Assembly (NCBI GenBank): GCA_013265495.1
Contig: MU057398.1
Span: 124,001 to 188,000, forward strand
DNA length: 64,000 nt
Direction of reading: 5' to 3'
Source: Vicugna vicugna
Lineage: Eukaryota
The notes beneath the pieces were generated by a model, which did no database searches, had not been told where the DNA came from, and saw nothing but the letters and a program-made list of their open reading frames with translations. How positions within the stretch are numbered: the stretch's first letter is position 1; each line of letters starts with the position of its first letter. A program made the translations under genes and the position numbers. Of this stretch, positions 1 to 12,634 are shown in pieces.

Positions 1-313
1 GCAAAGAGGCGGATAGGTGACAGGGAAGCCGTCTGAAGCAGGGACAATCCACCTGGGGCCTGTGACAGGCCACGTGTTGGGTGTACACAGGACACTGAGC
101 CCTTTGCCCAGCAGAGAGTTGCCTGAGTGATGGAGAGTCCAGGCAACTCACAGGACATCCGAGTCCTAAAGGGCAGCCTGTGAGAATCCACGGGGACACT
201 GTGCAGCCTTCAGTGGGAGCTCACCCTTCACTGGCCCAAGAACCTGAGCACCGGCTCAGCGATGCAGGAGCATTTCCGGCAGTGGAGAGACAGTGGGAAA
301 GCTGCAGCCCAGC

Positions 314-620
314 TGTTGGAAGGAAACCTTTCTCCCATCCCTTTCTTTAGAGCACTTGGGTGAGAAACTGCCCCTTTGTGAATCCCTGCTCTGGCCCTTT
401 GAGATGTATGTAAATCTTTGTCAACCTAAATAAGCCTCCTGCCAGACTTACAGCCCAGGAAGGTTCTTTTTAAGGGCCCCAGAGTCAACTTTTTGAAACG
501 CAAACCTCCAGGAAGGGACCCTAGCTCCCGCTGCAGGCAGAGAGAAAGCTTTCATTGTCTTGAGGATAAAGGCAATTCACAAACACAGATGGCCATCCTG
601 ATTAGCCGGTGAATTTGCCA
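314..620. mobile_element. Degenerate ERV/LTR-like fragment (family not resolved)
   Basis: Resembles recalled old ERV LTR consensus segments (tttgagatgtatgtaaatctt...aataagcctcctgccag...tttgaaacgcaaac); boundaries approximate. Confidence 0.35.
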
Positions 621-1194
621 TGAGCTCAAGTGGGCGATCTTGGGCAGTCCTGCCTTCCCAGCAGGCCAAGGTTTCCTTCTGGCTTCGCAATCTCATGACA
701 GACGGCCTGAGATGGGCATGAAGGGCAGATGGGTTCACAGCTTATTCAATAGTGAAGCTGTTTGCTTTCTGGCCCACTTTGCGGAGAGAACTCCGGGGTG
801 GCAGCGTCCAGGGGGAGAGGGAGGTCATGGATCTGTCCTACTTAAGAGACCCCAGCTGCTGGGTTAATTCTGTGCAGGTTTTTGTGTACCAATTATACCT
901 CGATAAAGTTCAGGAAAATAAAAGTAAATTTGAAAATAAATTTTAAATAAAAGAGAGGTCCTTGGGATGCTAACCAGGAGACAATAAAGAAGGAGTAGGG
1001 TCAGGATAGAAACAAGATAACACGTGATTGAACACCCTCTGAGAGAACAAAGGCTCCCCCATCTACACAGTAGGTTGGCTCACCAAGCTTCAAGACCCAG
1101 GCATGCCCTAATGAACATTCTGGAGATCCCAGGAAGACAAGAACATCTTGGAAGATTCTGAACAAAAGGAACCAGCCATAGCTGAAATGGATCA

Positions 1195-1440
1195 TCAACT
1201 AAAAACAAAGCACAGCGTAAAAGTTGAGAATTGTTTTCTTCGGGGACATTACTATACTTCGGGACACAGACTCTCACATCAAAAGCTTACTGCTAATCAT
1301 GAAAACCAGACCTCTCAAGTTAATGAATTAAGTGCTTCTCTATGTATGGGAAGACACAAGAGCCTGGGCTCATTGAAATCATTCCTTTGATACAAATCTT
1401 AACTCTCTAGGGCCAGTATCCTGTTCTTCTCCATCCTGAA
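1195..1440. mobile_element. ERV1-class LTR fragment (MER41-like)
   Basis: ctcaagttaatgaattaagtgcttctctatgtatgggaaga...ctgggctcattgaaatcattcctttgata...ctagggccagtatcctg resembles recalled MER41-like LTRs of laurasiatherians. Confidence 0.55.
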
Positions 1441-1444
1441 AGTT

Positions 1445-2253
1445 TGGGAATTTTGAGAGTGGGTTGTTAAACACCAGCATTATTAAAAATTAAATTATAT
1501 AAAGTTCCACTTAAATTATGTCTTCTTTCACCACATTTCACGGTTATTTATGTCTTGTATCAGTTTGCTGGGAATCAATGTGACAGTGTGCTGCTCAGAA
1601 TCTCTTCAGTGATGCCACATGAACTTGGCCTGGTGGAAGTATTTGCCCCACAGGAATCAGCACAGCCTAAAAACCAGGGCTTGACCTGTTATTGTTCACT
1701 TGATTGTATAGATTTGAGTCTAGTAATTACAATGTGAATAGCAAAAAACAAAAAAGGAAAAACTTTCCCAACATCAAAAACTATTATCTGATTTGGCAGA
1801 GAATTTGCTCATGCCACCAATGAGCGTGTGAGGCGCCCTTGTCGTTTCACGTCCGTCTTCCTAGGTGAGGTAAGTGAAAACGCCAACCAGTGCTTATGTA
1901 GCGACCACACTCAGTCACAGGGTGCAATTTTGGGTCAGGTACAGATATGAGAGTTTGGCAAAAGTCAACTGAAAGGATTTTGTGAGAATCAACTGGCTGT
2001 ATGGAATTTATAAACAGTGTATCATATATTTTAATGTGTATTGTGTATATATTTTAGATTTTACTGGCAAATTGTCTGCTCACATCCTTTACATCAATAA
2101 AATTCATAATAAACTTACATACGTCTGTATGTGTCTCTGTGTATGTGCATATATATCCAAAGAGAGAGAGAGAAATAGACACACACACACACAGACAGGT
2201 TTGCATTATTATTTTCCTGGAAAGCCACAGTCGCCGTTTATCAGCATATCACT
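1445..2253 (+). mobile_element. MER63-like hAT-Blackjack DNA transposon remnant
   Basis: Collinear with recalled MER63 consensus: gttgttaaacac...cattattaaaaattaaattatataaa, tgtgagaatcaactggctgtatggaattta, ending in cagcatatcactg. Confidence 0.7.
2161..2194. repeat. Compound (GA)n/(CA)n microsatellite
   Basis: agagagagagagaaatagacacacacacacacag. Confidence 0.85.
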
Positions 2254-3873
2254 GCTTTCAGGCAGCAGGGCAGGCCCCAGCCTGTCTACCTGGCACAGAA
2301 GGCTAAAGCTTGGCAAGCCCAGTCCAAGCAGAGGCTCGGGGAGGTCACCCGAGGCCAGCCTGGAGTGGTGACGGAGAAGCACCTGGGCCCTCAAAAGGTG
2401 ACAGGGCACAAAACCCGAGACCATGCTGTAGTGGTGGCAGTGGCCCCGGATCAAGCCACCAACCTGCTTGCTCGGGCCTGGAGGGGCCTTCTTGGCATCT
2501 CCCGCTCAGTGAGCTGGTGGCCCAGAGCCTGGCCAACCAGGTAAAGGGGACTCAGCCTCACCGTAGTTCTCACGGCGTCCCCACTCCTTCAGCTCCAGCC
2601 TGCCGCCAGCTCCTGGACCGAGGCACAGCCTTGTGCCCTCTCCCTGGCAGTGCTCTCCCGGGGCAGGGGGCCGAGCTGACCACCCCCCTCAGGAAGCTCA
2701 GCAGTGCACAGACCACATGCAACCACACCTGCAAGCTCATCCCCCAGATCTGCCCCTGTGGCGCCCCCCCACCCCAACCCCTGCCATCCTGTCTGGGCCA
2801 GGCCAGCGGTTCTCCCTCCAAAAGGGCTATAGTCCATTCTCCACATCGCAGCTTGAGAAGTATTGTAAAACCGTAAATCTGATTTCTCCTCTACCCTGCT
2901 TATAACACTCTGTTGCCCCCCATGGCCTTCAGGTTGGTCCAGACCGCTGGCCCAGGCAATGACGGTGGCCCAAGGTGGCTGCTGCCTGTGTTCTGGCCTC
3001 ACCATTCTGCCCCCTTGCACGTCGCTGTGGCTCTAGTCACTCTGACCTACTTAGGATTCCTGGACAGCCCAGCTGGCTCAAGGCTCAAGGCTCAAGGCTT
3101 TGCTCCTATGAGTCACTGTCGGGCATGGTGGCCCCACCCACCCCACCCCTTCTCACCCGCTCTCCGGCTCCCGGACATCTTGCCCCTGCCTTGCCCCACC
3201 CTTTGGTGACACAGGTGGGGCCCCAGAGGCAGGTGAGCTGGCTCCCCAAAGCCCAGCTGAGGGAAGCGGCTGCCGAGAAGCTGCCCTCCGCACAGAGCAG
3301 CCTCCCGGCCTGTCAGACCACACCACAAGGGACGCAGGGCTCAAGACAGACTCCTTCCTAGGTGTCGCCCTCAATACACCAGCCCAGCACCTGTCCTAGT
3401 GCTCCAAGTTGGCTATGCAGCACAGCCTGGAGCCCACACGGTACCCACCCCTGTCACGCTAGACATTCCAGGCCCTCCTCTAGCACCCTGGGTGTGCCCC
3501 ACACCATTCTGCTCTGTGTACTTGTCATCTCATTTCATCCTGCTGCCACTCAACCAGCGAGACAGAAGCTCTGGGAGACAAAGGAGCCGGGCAGCTCTGC
3601 GGACTCAGCTCCCTGGGCTTAGCCCGAGTTCCCTCAGGAACAGCCAGGGAGGAGGCCGGTGGCTTGGGGTCCACAGCCTCAGCCTGTCAGCCCCTTGGAC
3701 CAGGTGGTGAGCGCCCACACCTCCCCCACCCACCCACCAGGCTCACCGTAGAGATAGGCCACCAGGGGGTAGCCCTGGGGGCTCTGCTCTGGCCCCTGGC
3801 CTGGCTCACCCACTCCGGGCAGGGTGTGGGGAAGGGGGCAACCAGAAAGCCAGCTGGTGAGCTGTTGTCACTA

Positions 3874-3879
3874 TTTATT
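3874..3879 (-). terminator. TREX2 polyadenylation signal AATAAA
   Basis: tttatt on + strand, about 300 nt downstream of the TREX2 stop. Confidence 0.75.
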
Positions 3880-4177
3880 GAAAGACAGGGTGATGAGTGG
3901 GAACCAGCAGCAGCAAAGTCCATGGGAACACAGGTTGGGGGAGGGCAGAGAGGAGGCTCCAGGGCTATGGGGAGAGTTAGGCCAGAGACTGGGGAAAGCC
4001 TGGTGGATGCCCTGCCCAGAGTTGCCCAGCCAAGAGGCTGTGGGGAGGGGCAGCGAGGTGGCGGTCCGGTGCCCGCTCCAGGACTCCAGGCCTGGCTGAA
4101 CGGTTGAGGCTGGCACTGCCCATGGTGCAGGGAGTGGGCCTCTTTGCCCTGGGTGACAGTGTCATCAAGGCCCTGGC

Positions 4178-4888
4178 TCAGAACTTGAGACTCGGGCCAT
4201 CGGGTGGCACATACATGGGCTCAACATTGGCCCAGCTGAGGGCCTGCTCATCGGCCCAGGCAAGCAGCTCGGCGGCTCGGTGCAAGAAGACCATGAGCAG
4301 GGTGTGCACATCCCCCTCAGCCGAATGGGCCGCGCTCGGTTCCGCCTGAAAGTAGCGGCGGAAGAGGCTGCCCAGGCTGTAACACTTGCTGCCCTGGGCC
4401 CGGGTGCCGTGGCTGTGGGCACGGTCCAGGCCCCGCAGCGCCAGCAGTGTATCCAGGCAGACAGTGTCCCCGGGCAGGTGGGCGCCTAGGCGCTGCAGCT
4501 CCATGCACAGCAGGGGGAAGTCATAATCGAAGCCGTTGTGGGCCACGAGGCAGACAGGGCCTTCCTGGCGGCTTAGGAATCCCTGCAGTGTCCGCACCAC
4601 GGCGTCGTCAAAGCCTGCCTTCCGGCACCTCGCCAGGCCCTCATTGCTCAGGCCAGTGATCTCGCTGGCCCTGGTGGTGAAGGGGCGCTCCGGGCTCATG
4701 CACAGTGTGAGCTTATCCAGGACCCGGGGCAGCACAGGGGCGCCAGACTCGTCAAGCTCTGGATTCTCCAGCAACGAGCGGTGGACGGCAAACAGGGAGA
4801 TCTCTGCGATCTCAGGGTCCACGCTGGGGAGACCGGTGGCTTCCAGGTCCAGGAAGACAAAGGTCTCAGCCTGGGGTGCCTTGGACAT
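4178..4888 (-). CDS. TREX2: Three prime repair exonuclease 2 (DEDDh 3'-5' DNA exonuclease), 236 aa, single coding exon
   Basis: MSKAPQAETFVFLDLEATGL...AHNGFDYDF...AHSAEGDV...; Exo I/II/III residues D14, E16, D123, H188, D193 present; Kozak accATG; length equals recalled human TREX2. Confidence 0.97.
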   Translation of the reverse strand: MSKAPQAETFVFLDLEATGLPSVDPEIAEISLFAVHRSLLENPELDESGAPVLPRVLDKLTLCMSPERPFTTRASEITGLSNEGLARCRKAGFDDAVVRTLQGFLSRQEGPVCLVAHNGFDYDFPLLCMELQRLGAHLPGDTVCLDTLLALRGLDRAHSHGTRAQGSKCYSLGSLFRRYFQAEPSAAHSAEGDVHTLLMVFLHRAAELLAWADEQALSWANVEPMYVPPDGPSLKF

Positions 4889-5603
4889 GGTGATGTTCTC
4901 ACAGGGACAGTGAAGCCTATAGCTGCCAAGGCAAGAGGCGCAAAACCTGAGGGCCAAGAGATGGGGATGCCTGGACCCAGCCACCCACAGCCATGCTCGT
5001 GGCCAAGGTTCCCACCCGTGGTCACCCCCTGCCACCTCATGGGACTTCAGGCTCTAGGAGCCATTTCTAAGAGCCATATCCAGGCAGACTGTTCAGGGGC
5101 CTCCAGAGCTGGGACCCAGTGACTGGGGCCTGTTACTTCTTTTCTGTCCAGGGTGAGGTCTCCTAGAGGATTGTCACCCCATCCACTCTGACTCTCTGTC
5201 CCTCCCTGGCCATCCCCACTACTACCACCTAGTTGACAGCAAAAGGAAGATCTGACATGCACAGACCCCAGCCCAGAGGCCTCTGCCTCTGGCCTCCAGG
5301 GACACGGACATGGACAGGAAGAATGTGCCAGGCCCATGTCATCAGGGACTGGGGGAGGTGCAGCCCAGGATGGCGTCCTCACTGACACACCATGGCCAGG
5401 AGCCTTTGGCAATGCACCCCAGGGTCAGCAGCTGGGAAGCAGGCAAATGGGCACCCGAGAAAGCCCTCACGGTCACCCCCAGCCTCCCTGGCTTGGCCTC
5501 GTCTGGCCTCCTCCCTGGCACACAGGTCCTGGCCTGAATCCAGCCTCCACCTGCCTCCGGGACCCTGGCAGCTGTCCTTGCCAACCCTGCCGTGCCGGCT
5601 TAC

Positions 5604-5775
5604 CTGGGGCAGGTGTTGGCCGGCTTCCTGGGCTGCTGGGCACCTGTCTCCACACAGTCTGCTCCAGGCGGCCTTTAATCTGCGGCCGTGGCCCGCCCCC
5701 AGCCGCCTGTTGGGCAACACGGAGGATTGAGGCCGCAGGACTTGTGTGGCCAGCTCGCCGCCTCCTTGGTCGCTC
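5604..5775 (-). other. TREX2: TREX2 non-coding exon 1 (5' end approximate)
   Basis: Strong donor CAG|GTAAGC at 5604/5603; candidate acceptor TAG|G at 4917/4916, 28 nt before the ATG; TATA box about 30 nt upstream. Confidence 0.65.
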
Positions 5776-5801
5776 ACGGCCACTGGGACACACGCTCCGT
5801 G

Positions 5802-5807
5802 TTTATA
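5802..5807 (-). promoter_or_regulatory. TATA box of TREX2 promoter
   Basis: TATAAA on minus strand upstream of the exon ending in the 5604 donor. Confidence 0.6.
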
Positions 5808-7486
5808 GACTGGAAACTGGCTCCCGGGCCGCACACAGGCTCCATGTCATCACAGGCACGAGAAGGGAGCCCAAGCCCTCCACCCAGCCTTGACTCCGAG
5901 TCTAACTGGGCCCAGTACCGCAGCTGGGCCTGGCTTACGTTCAACACCCAGCCCCAGGCTGGGGCATCTCCCATGGAAGCAATGAGGCCCCTTCTCCAGG
6001 ACACGGCTCCCCCGTCACAGGGGACTGAGCTGCCCCTTGGGAAGCTAACGTGAGCTGTAAGCACAGGCCTCGGTGTTGCCCCAGTGACAGGGGGTGGGGT
6101 GCCTCAGTGCAGCCCACACGCTGCCTGGCCATGCCTCACCCACCTTGTGGGCTCATCTTCCACCAGGAAAGGGAGACGGAGTCTGTTTCTCACATATAAT
6201 GACCCATAATATCTAAGGAGACTTTAGCAGAGACCACCAGGCAAGGAGAAAGAGGCAAGGTGGGCAGAAGCAGTGGGGGTAGGGGGGACAGGGACGGTCT
6301 CAGAGGCACCCACAGCCCCAGCCTCTCAGAACCCAGGCTCTCGGGCCTCCCCAGCCCCAAGGGTTCAGTCAGGGGTGAAAGGCAGTCAAAATGGGAGGGG
6401 ACTGAGGCCCTCCCTGGTCCAGGAAGCAGGTGGCATTATCCCCAGGACCTCATGCCAGGACAAGACGTGCCAGCCCTTGGCAGTGGGTGCTCACAGGCCC
6501 AGTCTCCTGCTGGGGTACAAGGTGGCAATTGAGGTGCTGGCAGCAGCCTGCCCACTGCAGGTTCGCCAGAGTCCCTTAGTCTGTAAAGCTGTTGGTGAAC
6601 CTGGACTGTGGTGACCACGGGCTGGCCTGTCTTCCCGTAGCAGCCATCTGGGAAGTGTCCCAGGCAAGCGACTAGGCCCAGGGGCTCCGGCAGCCCAGGT
6701 GGGAGGGGACCTGGTGTCCAGCTCCCAGGAGCCTCCTTGTCTGGAGCACCCACAGGGGAACTTGGGGAAACGAAGGTGCAGATACAGGGAGCAGGCCAGA
6801 GCGGGTAAAGCTGACACAGCCTAGAGAGGGAGGCCCCTCCCTCACCCCCTTCCACCTGCGGCTGGGCTGAGGAAGGCGTGGCCCCACCAGTTGTGCCTGT
6901 TCCCGTGCTTGAAGGGAGGGAGGAGGCTGTGACAGGCACAGCGCTCAGCGCTCAGGGAGATGGGTCACCCTGGGAAGCCCAGAGAACAGCTTCCTGGACA
7001 ACCAGTCAGGCCACAGCACAAGCTCCCCAGGCTGGTGCGGTGTCCTGGGGAGGGAGGAGGAGGAAGCACATGGCCACCCGCTGCATCCAGGTGCGGTGCG
7101 TGCCTGGCTGAGGGGCTGCAAGGAGGCCTCATGTGGGGGCCCCCAGGCAGCAGGGGCGGGGGGGCAGGGCTCTGACCATACTCAGGACCAGGCAGAGGCA
7201 GGGGAAGGATGGCAGGAGGCTCCCAGCCAGGCGGGGCCCAGGACATGGAACAGGCGGGATGTGGAGAAGGGAGGACTGAGCACTGGGGCGACAGCAGAGG
7301 GAAGGAGGAGGTCACATGCAGACATGGAAGCAAAAAGCAGGTTGGAGGTAACTTCTTAGAACCTGAGTTTTCTTTTCTCCCAGCTCACACTGCCCTACCC
7401 TGTCTCTACCCCTTCCCAAAGAGCTGCAGGCGCTGAGTACTCAGAGGCCGTGTCCAGAGAACTCGAGGGCTGTGACTGCTGATGGC

Positions 7487-7617
7487 TCAGCAACCCCCGG
7501 CCCCTGCTGCCTGACAACTGGGGACAGAGCTGCCGGCTCCCAGGCTACCCCAGGCCTTTGTGCAGACCGTCGCTGAAAATCTCATATATTTCTGGGTTAG
7601 TTCTTCCATTTTGGTGG
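7487..7617 (-). CDS. HAUS7: HAUS7 coding exon 10 (last): (A)TKMEELTQKYMRF...GGC*
   Basis: Acceptor ttttcttttctctgcag, phase 1 matches exon 9; ATKMEEL resembles recalled human ATKMNELMEK; stop TGA at 7487-7489 as assembled (see frameshift finding). Confidence 0.8.
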
Positions 7618-10600
7618 CTGCAGAGAAAAGAAAAAGGCCAATGGCAAAGTGAGTCTAGCGCTTCCCAGCCTGGAAGAAGCAGCTCCCCGCCTGCCCCCTC
7701 CCTGGCCCTCCTTCTCCACTGGTTTTCCACAGCGGGGCCTCCAGGGGGGCCTGACTCCCGCTGTGACTCAAAAGTGCTAAGCCAGGAGCTGCTGAGGGGG
7801 CAGGGGCTGGAGAGCACTGGGTGCCCTGAGCGAACAGAAGGCACCTGTGGGTGCCAGGTCGAGCCCCAGGCCAGGGCCCACTAGCCTGTCCCCGCCCCCA
7901 GCCCTCTCCCCAGAGCCCAGGGGCAGGGCTTGTTCTGATTTTGATGCTGTCTTCAGTTTTAGTCAGACCGGCAACCTATGCACACAGATCAATCAGCACA
8001 GGCCCTAGCTGCGCACCCCACCGCAGGCCAGCGCTGGGATTCTGCTGGGCTCTGGGGCAGGAGGGAAGGGAAATGCCACCATAACACACCTGCCTCCTGA
8101 GTACCAACTTCAGATAGTGAGCACTGGGCCACTGGCGCTCACTCCCACCCCGAACCCTCCCTATGGACTGGGGCTCTCCCTTCAGGTTTTCCTGCTGGTG
8201 GTGACGGAACTTAAAACAGACACCTAATGCTTCCTCCAACTTGCCTCCCTCCCTCCTGCCCATCCTCTCCCCTCCCACATGGCAAGGATGTTAACTGGCA
8301 TGTGGTCCTGCCCATCCCTGTGACTCCAAAGCTCAGGAATCAGGGGGTGGGCCTCGGGGCAAAGCCTGAGCAGGCGGACTCCTTACAGAGCTGAGACAGC
8401 GCTCGGCCCACCCAGGTCCAGCCCTAGCAACCCTCCACGCTCACCATCAACACTCCCTCTGGGGCGTGGCCACATTTCTCCACAGATGGGATTTGGGAGT
8501 GTCCTCTGCCTTCACTAAATCCTCAGGTTTTCCCAATCCTAAGCTGCCCCCAGCCCCGCTCTGCTCCTGGGGACCCCCACCCCGGCTGCTTCATCAGCTC
8601 CATCTCCCCTCTGTCCTGTGCTGTCGGCGCTCCCTTGCCTTCTCTCGGCGTGGATCCCAGACTGAAAGCCCCTGGTCCTCTGAACACGCAGGACATCAGC
8701 ATCTGGAGGCCATGCGCTCTCTCCGGAAGCCAGGCCCGGTGCTGCGTCCCCGCTACTACGGACTCAGGAGGCTGGGCTTGGGGGCACAGCTTGTAGGTGG
8801 CATCTGCTCTGTCCTGGGAACCTGGACCTGCCACTGAGCTGCAACCTCCGCCTCATGGTCCTTCCTTTGTCTGCATCAGGCCTCGGCCTCGCTCTTCTTT
8901 GTCATCATTTTGTTTACCAGTCCCTTTTTTCTCTACTCTGAAGATTCGTTGTCTCATTTGTTTTCTACTCTTTGCATGGGTTTTTTGAACTCTTTAACAA
9001 CCATTTTTAACTCCTGAGTATTTGCTTGCTTTTCTCCTTGCTGGTTCTTCATAGTTTCCTAGGTACGTTTGGACAAGATAGTGAGTACGTTAATTTCAAT
9101 TTGTTGGAAATTTCTCTTCTCAGAATGAGCCAGTACCATGCTTTTCCAGGTCTTTCTCTCTTCATGGTATTGGCCCAGGTTGGAGAGAGGAGGCCAGGGC
9201 AGCTGGCGCACTGGCCCTGCTCTACTCCAGCGGAGCCGCCTGTTTCCTGCAGGGTCTCCCCAGCTGGGAACCATGAGGGGGGCAGGGCAGCAGGGACAGG
9301 TAGGGACCAACCTTCACGCCAGGGACCCTGGCAGGCCAGAAAGAAGTGGGCTTCAGACGGGCCTCCAGCCACATTGGGAGCCCGGATTTGCCATTCAATT
9401 TGGTCATTTTCTCACTGGGAGTGCCAGTCCGTACAGACCTGCCTTGCTTATGCCCTCTACTTCTGGCCCACTGGCCACTGTCCCCTCCCTGGAACTTCCG
9501 GCCACGCAGCCCTGGGACCATGGTGGTTCCACCAGGCAGACCGGCTCCCCTACTGCCCCCTCAGGCCGTCCTCCCAGCTGCAGCTTGCTCCACCCACTGC
9601 ATCCATCAAACTACTCCCATGCACTTTCCAGCTTCCAGAAACCTGCTTTCAAAATAAATGGATATTTTCATCGCCTGGGAGGCAAATGGGGCTTCAGGTC
9701 CAGCCAGGTGAGAGGGTGACTGGTGGCTGATGATGGGATAAGCCACTCTCCGTCACCAAAGCCCCCTGCCCCGCACACGAGGCCATGGCTCCAGGTACGG
9801 GCCCTGCAGGCACAATGGTCCCTCACTCAAGCCCCTCACTTCCAGCATGGGGACATGGGACCAACACAGCCCAGCTACAGCACCCAGAACGGTGGCCTAG
9901 CTTCTCAGACCAAGAGATGGAGCAGCAAAGACACACAGAGCTTGCACATGGTTGGCCCAAGGTCATAGAAACCAAGGACCTTGGTTTGTCAGGTAGGAAC
10001 CAGGGAAATGCAAAGGCCATTCTAACTGGCCCCTGGCATGGGGCTGACACGGATCGTTTCTCTGTCGTGTCTATAGCACAAGAACACACCTCAAACAAAT
10101 GAGGAGGCTGCACTGACCAGAGCTGGGCCAGAGGTGTGCAGGGGCAGAAGGGAGCTCCCTGCTCGGGTGCAGCACTTGCCATCAAGACTCTCCAGGCTGC
10201 AGGGCAAGCGGATGCTTCTCTGCACGCAAAGCACAGGGGGAAGGGGCAGCGGCTCAGCCCCTCCCCACTAGGGCGTGATGGAAAAGGTGAAGCCTGCACA
10301 GTCCTGTGAGCACTCCTGTGAGCAGGGGTGAAGACGTGGTCATTATTGTACTAATGACAGCACAGGCTGTAGGCATTGTCTGAACAGCAATTACGCAATT
10401 ACACGCAGGGGGGTGAGAGTCAGAGTGACAGTGATGATAAGGATAAACGTTATCAGAAATTTTAAAATGGAGGAATCTGTTGCAGTTCAGTCAGAAAGAA
10501 GAGAGACCCCTGGGCGGCCAGGGGTACATGTGCCAAGTGTGTGTGCCAAGCCAAGAGCAGCAAGAAGGCTGGCTTACCGAGGGGAGGGTGGGCTGGTGAG

Positions 10601-12519
10601 TTCATGCAGACAGCCCCCCAAAGGGAGGGCTCAGGGGCTACATGAGCTAAAGCCACCCCTCGGGGGCACACCGGGGCAGCATTCGCAGGCAGATGCTATA
10701 ACTGCCACTGCCTAAGATGGGGGATGAGAGTCAGAGTGAACAGCAGACAAACCAAAAGGCACGGAAGGAGAGGCTGCAGAACGAGATGTCCAAGAGGGCT
10801 CTGAACAGCTCTCACAGTCCGGGGGCTCTAGAGGCCACGTGCTCGCTGGAGCCGTGCAGATGCCCAGGGGAGAGCTGGGAAGGCCCTGAGCCATCGCCTC
10901 AGGTGGACCTCGAGACTGGGAGCCCCAGGAGGTACAGGAGAAGGAAGAGTCAACTGTCTGGCTGAGTGTGGATGAAAAACACGAAGCTAAACATTCAAGG
11001 AGCTCGAAACACTCCAGATGGGAGAAACTTCAAGTGATCCACACCAAGGCACATTACAATCAGACTGTCAAAAGCCAAAGGTCTGGCTCCATGGCAACAC
11101 ACGTGAGAGGTAGGTGGAACAGGGACAGAAGTCTCACGGTGTCAGAGTGGCAGTGAGCTGTGGGCAGGAAGAGGCCGTGGGCATCTCCAGGGTACGAGGC
11201 CTCTGCCAATTCCTGAACTGGGTTGTGTTTACACAACTATTGGCTTTAAAATCATTGCAACTGGACTGAACAGCATAGGGAAAACATCCTATTTTTCACC
11301 ATTCTATCCCTGTGAGTTGAGACTCCTCCCTAAAAGCTATTTTTCTTATCACAGAAGAAAAGGTGGTAGGGAGACTTTTCTGAGTTTGTACTTCCATAGG
11401 AAAGATAAACTTACTCAGAAAGAAAAGTTTAAAATTAAATTCAGATACAATTTTGCCCCTATCCAACAGCAGAAAGGTTGGAAGGAGCAAGGCCAGGGCT
11501 GATGAGGGACACAGGAGGATGGAAACTGCTCAGCCTCACCACCACGAAGGCGGGAGCCCCTCCTCCACTGAAGGATGGGGGCTACAATGTCTAACCGTGC
11601 TCGTGACAGTTGAGACGACCACCTGAGTAATACATGTTCACTGGGGAACAGCTGAAGACTACAGAGCAGGATAAAGAAACAGTAAATGAATTAAATCACC
11701 TCTGATTCTAACACGGAGAAAACCAAGGTCCACTTTCTAGCTCAGTTCCTACAAGGGATTCGTCTACATTTTTTCCCCTTTAGAAGAGTGAGATCATACC
11801 ATGTATTTCATTTTTAACCTATATATTTCACTTTAACACTCCGCAATATGCATTTCCTCAGGTCATCATAACCAAGTTCTCAAACAACAAATACCGTCCC
11901 ACCACCTACCTACACCGTTATTTATCCCAACGCTACCCCAGGGTAAGACCCTGGGTTGTTTCCATTTGTCATAGGTGTAAATCTTGCAAATGAAAATGAC
12001 CTACAGGCTCAGTAATAGAAAATGTTCAATAAATTATAGCAAATGCTTGAAAGGAACAGTGTTTGACAATTAAAAATGTGACTTCAGCAAGGGAGAATGC
12101 TTACAATGAGGTCCAAGGCAAAGAATACAAGAGCGTACACATGCTGTGATTATACTCAACTCATGCAAACAAATAAAAAATAGATGAGAGGAAAAAGAAT
12201 ACAGGGAAACAGACCAAAATATTAACACCGACCATCTCTGGGCCACCCCATTATGCAACGTTTTTAGCTTACCTCTCCACGTCTTTGGACTATTCCAATT
12301 TTCTATAATTCATGTTTTTCTTTTATAGGCTGTCAAAAGCATTTTTTCAAGGGAAAGAAAACCTTATGCATTAGAAAAAGAAGAAACAAGTAAGGCACCA
12401 CTCCCCAAGTGCTGGTCGAGCACAGAAGGAGGCAGGTGCTAACCTGAGGTGTGCTGGGGCAGCCCCATCCCTGACCACCAAATGGGTGGCCACAGCCACA
12501 GAAAGTGGTGACCACATAC

Positions 12520-12634
12520 CTAGACTCATCACAGAGTTGCTCCTGCCCCCGCAGACCGGCTCGCCCTGCTGCTGCTTTGCCATCTCCACGGCTTTCACTG
12601 AGGTGTCAGTGACCTCCACGACTGCTTTCAATAG
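12520..12634 (-). CDS. HAUS7: HAUS7 coding exon 9: LLKAVVEVTDTSVKAVEMAKQQQGEPVCGGRSNSVMSL
   Basis: AG/GT ends, 115 nt, phase 0-1. Confidence 0.92.

Noticed and set aside
4889..5035. 49-aa N-terminal extension of TREX2 in the ORF track (285 aa)
   Set aside because: Starts at GTG with no in-frame ATG and runs through the intron acceptor; the ATG at 4888 has good context and gives the expected 236 aa
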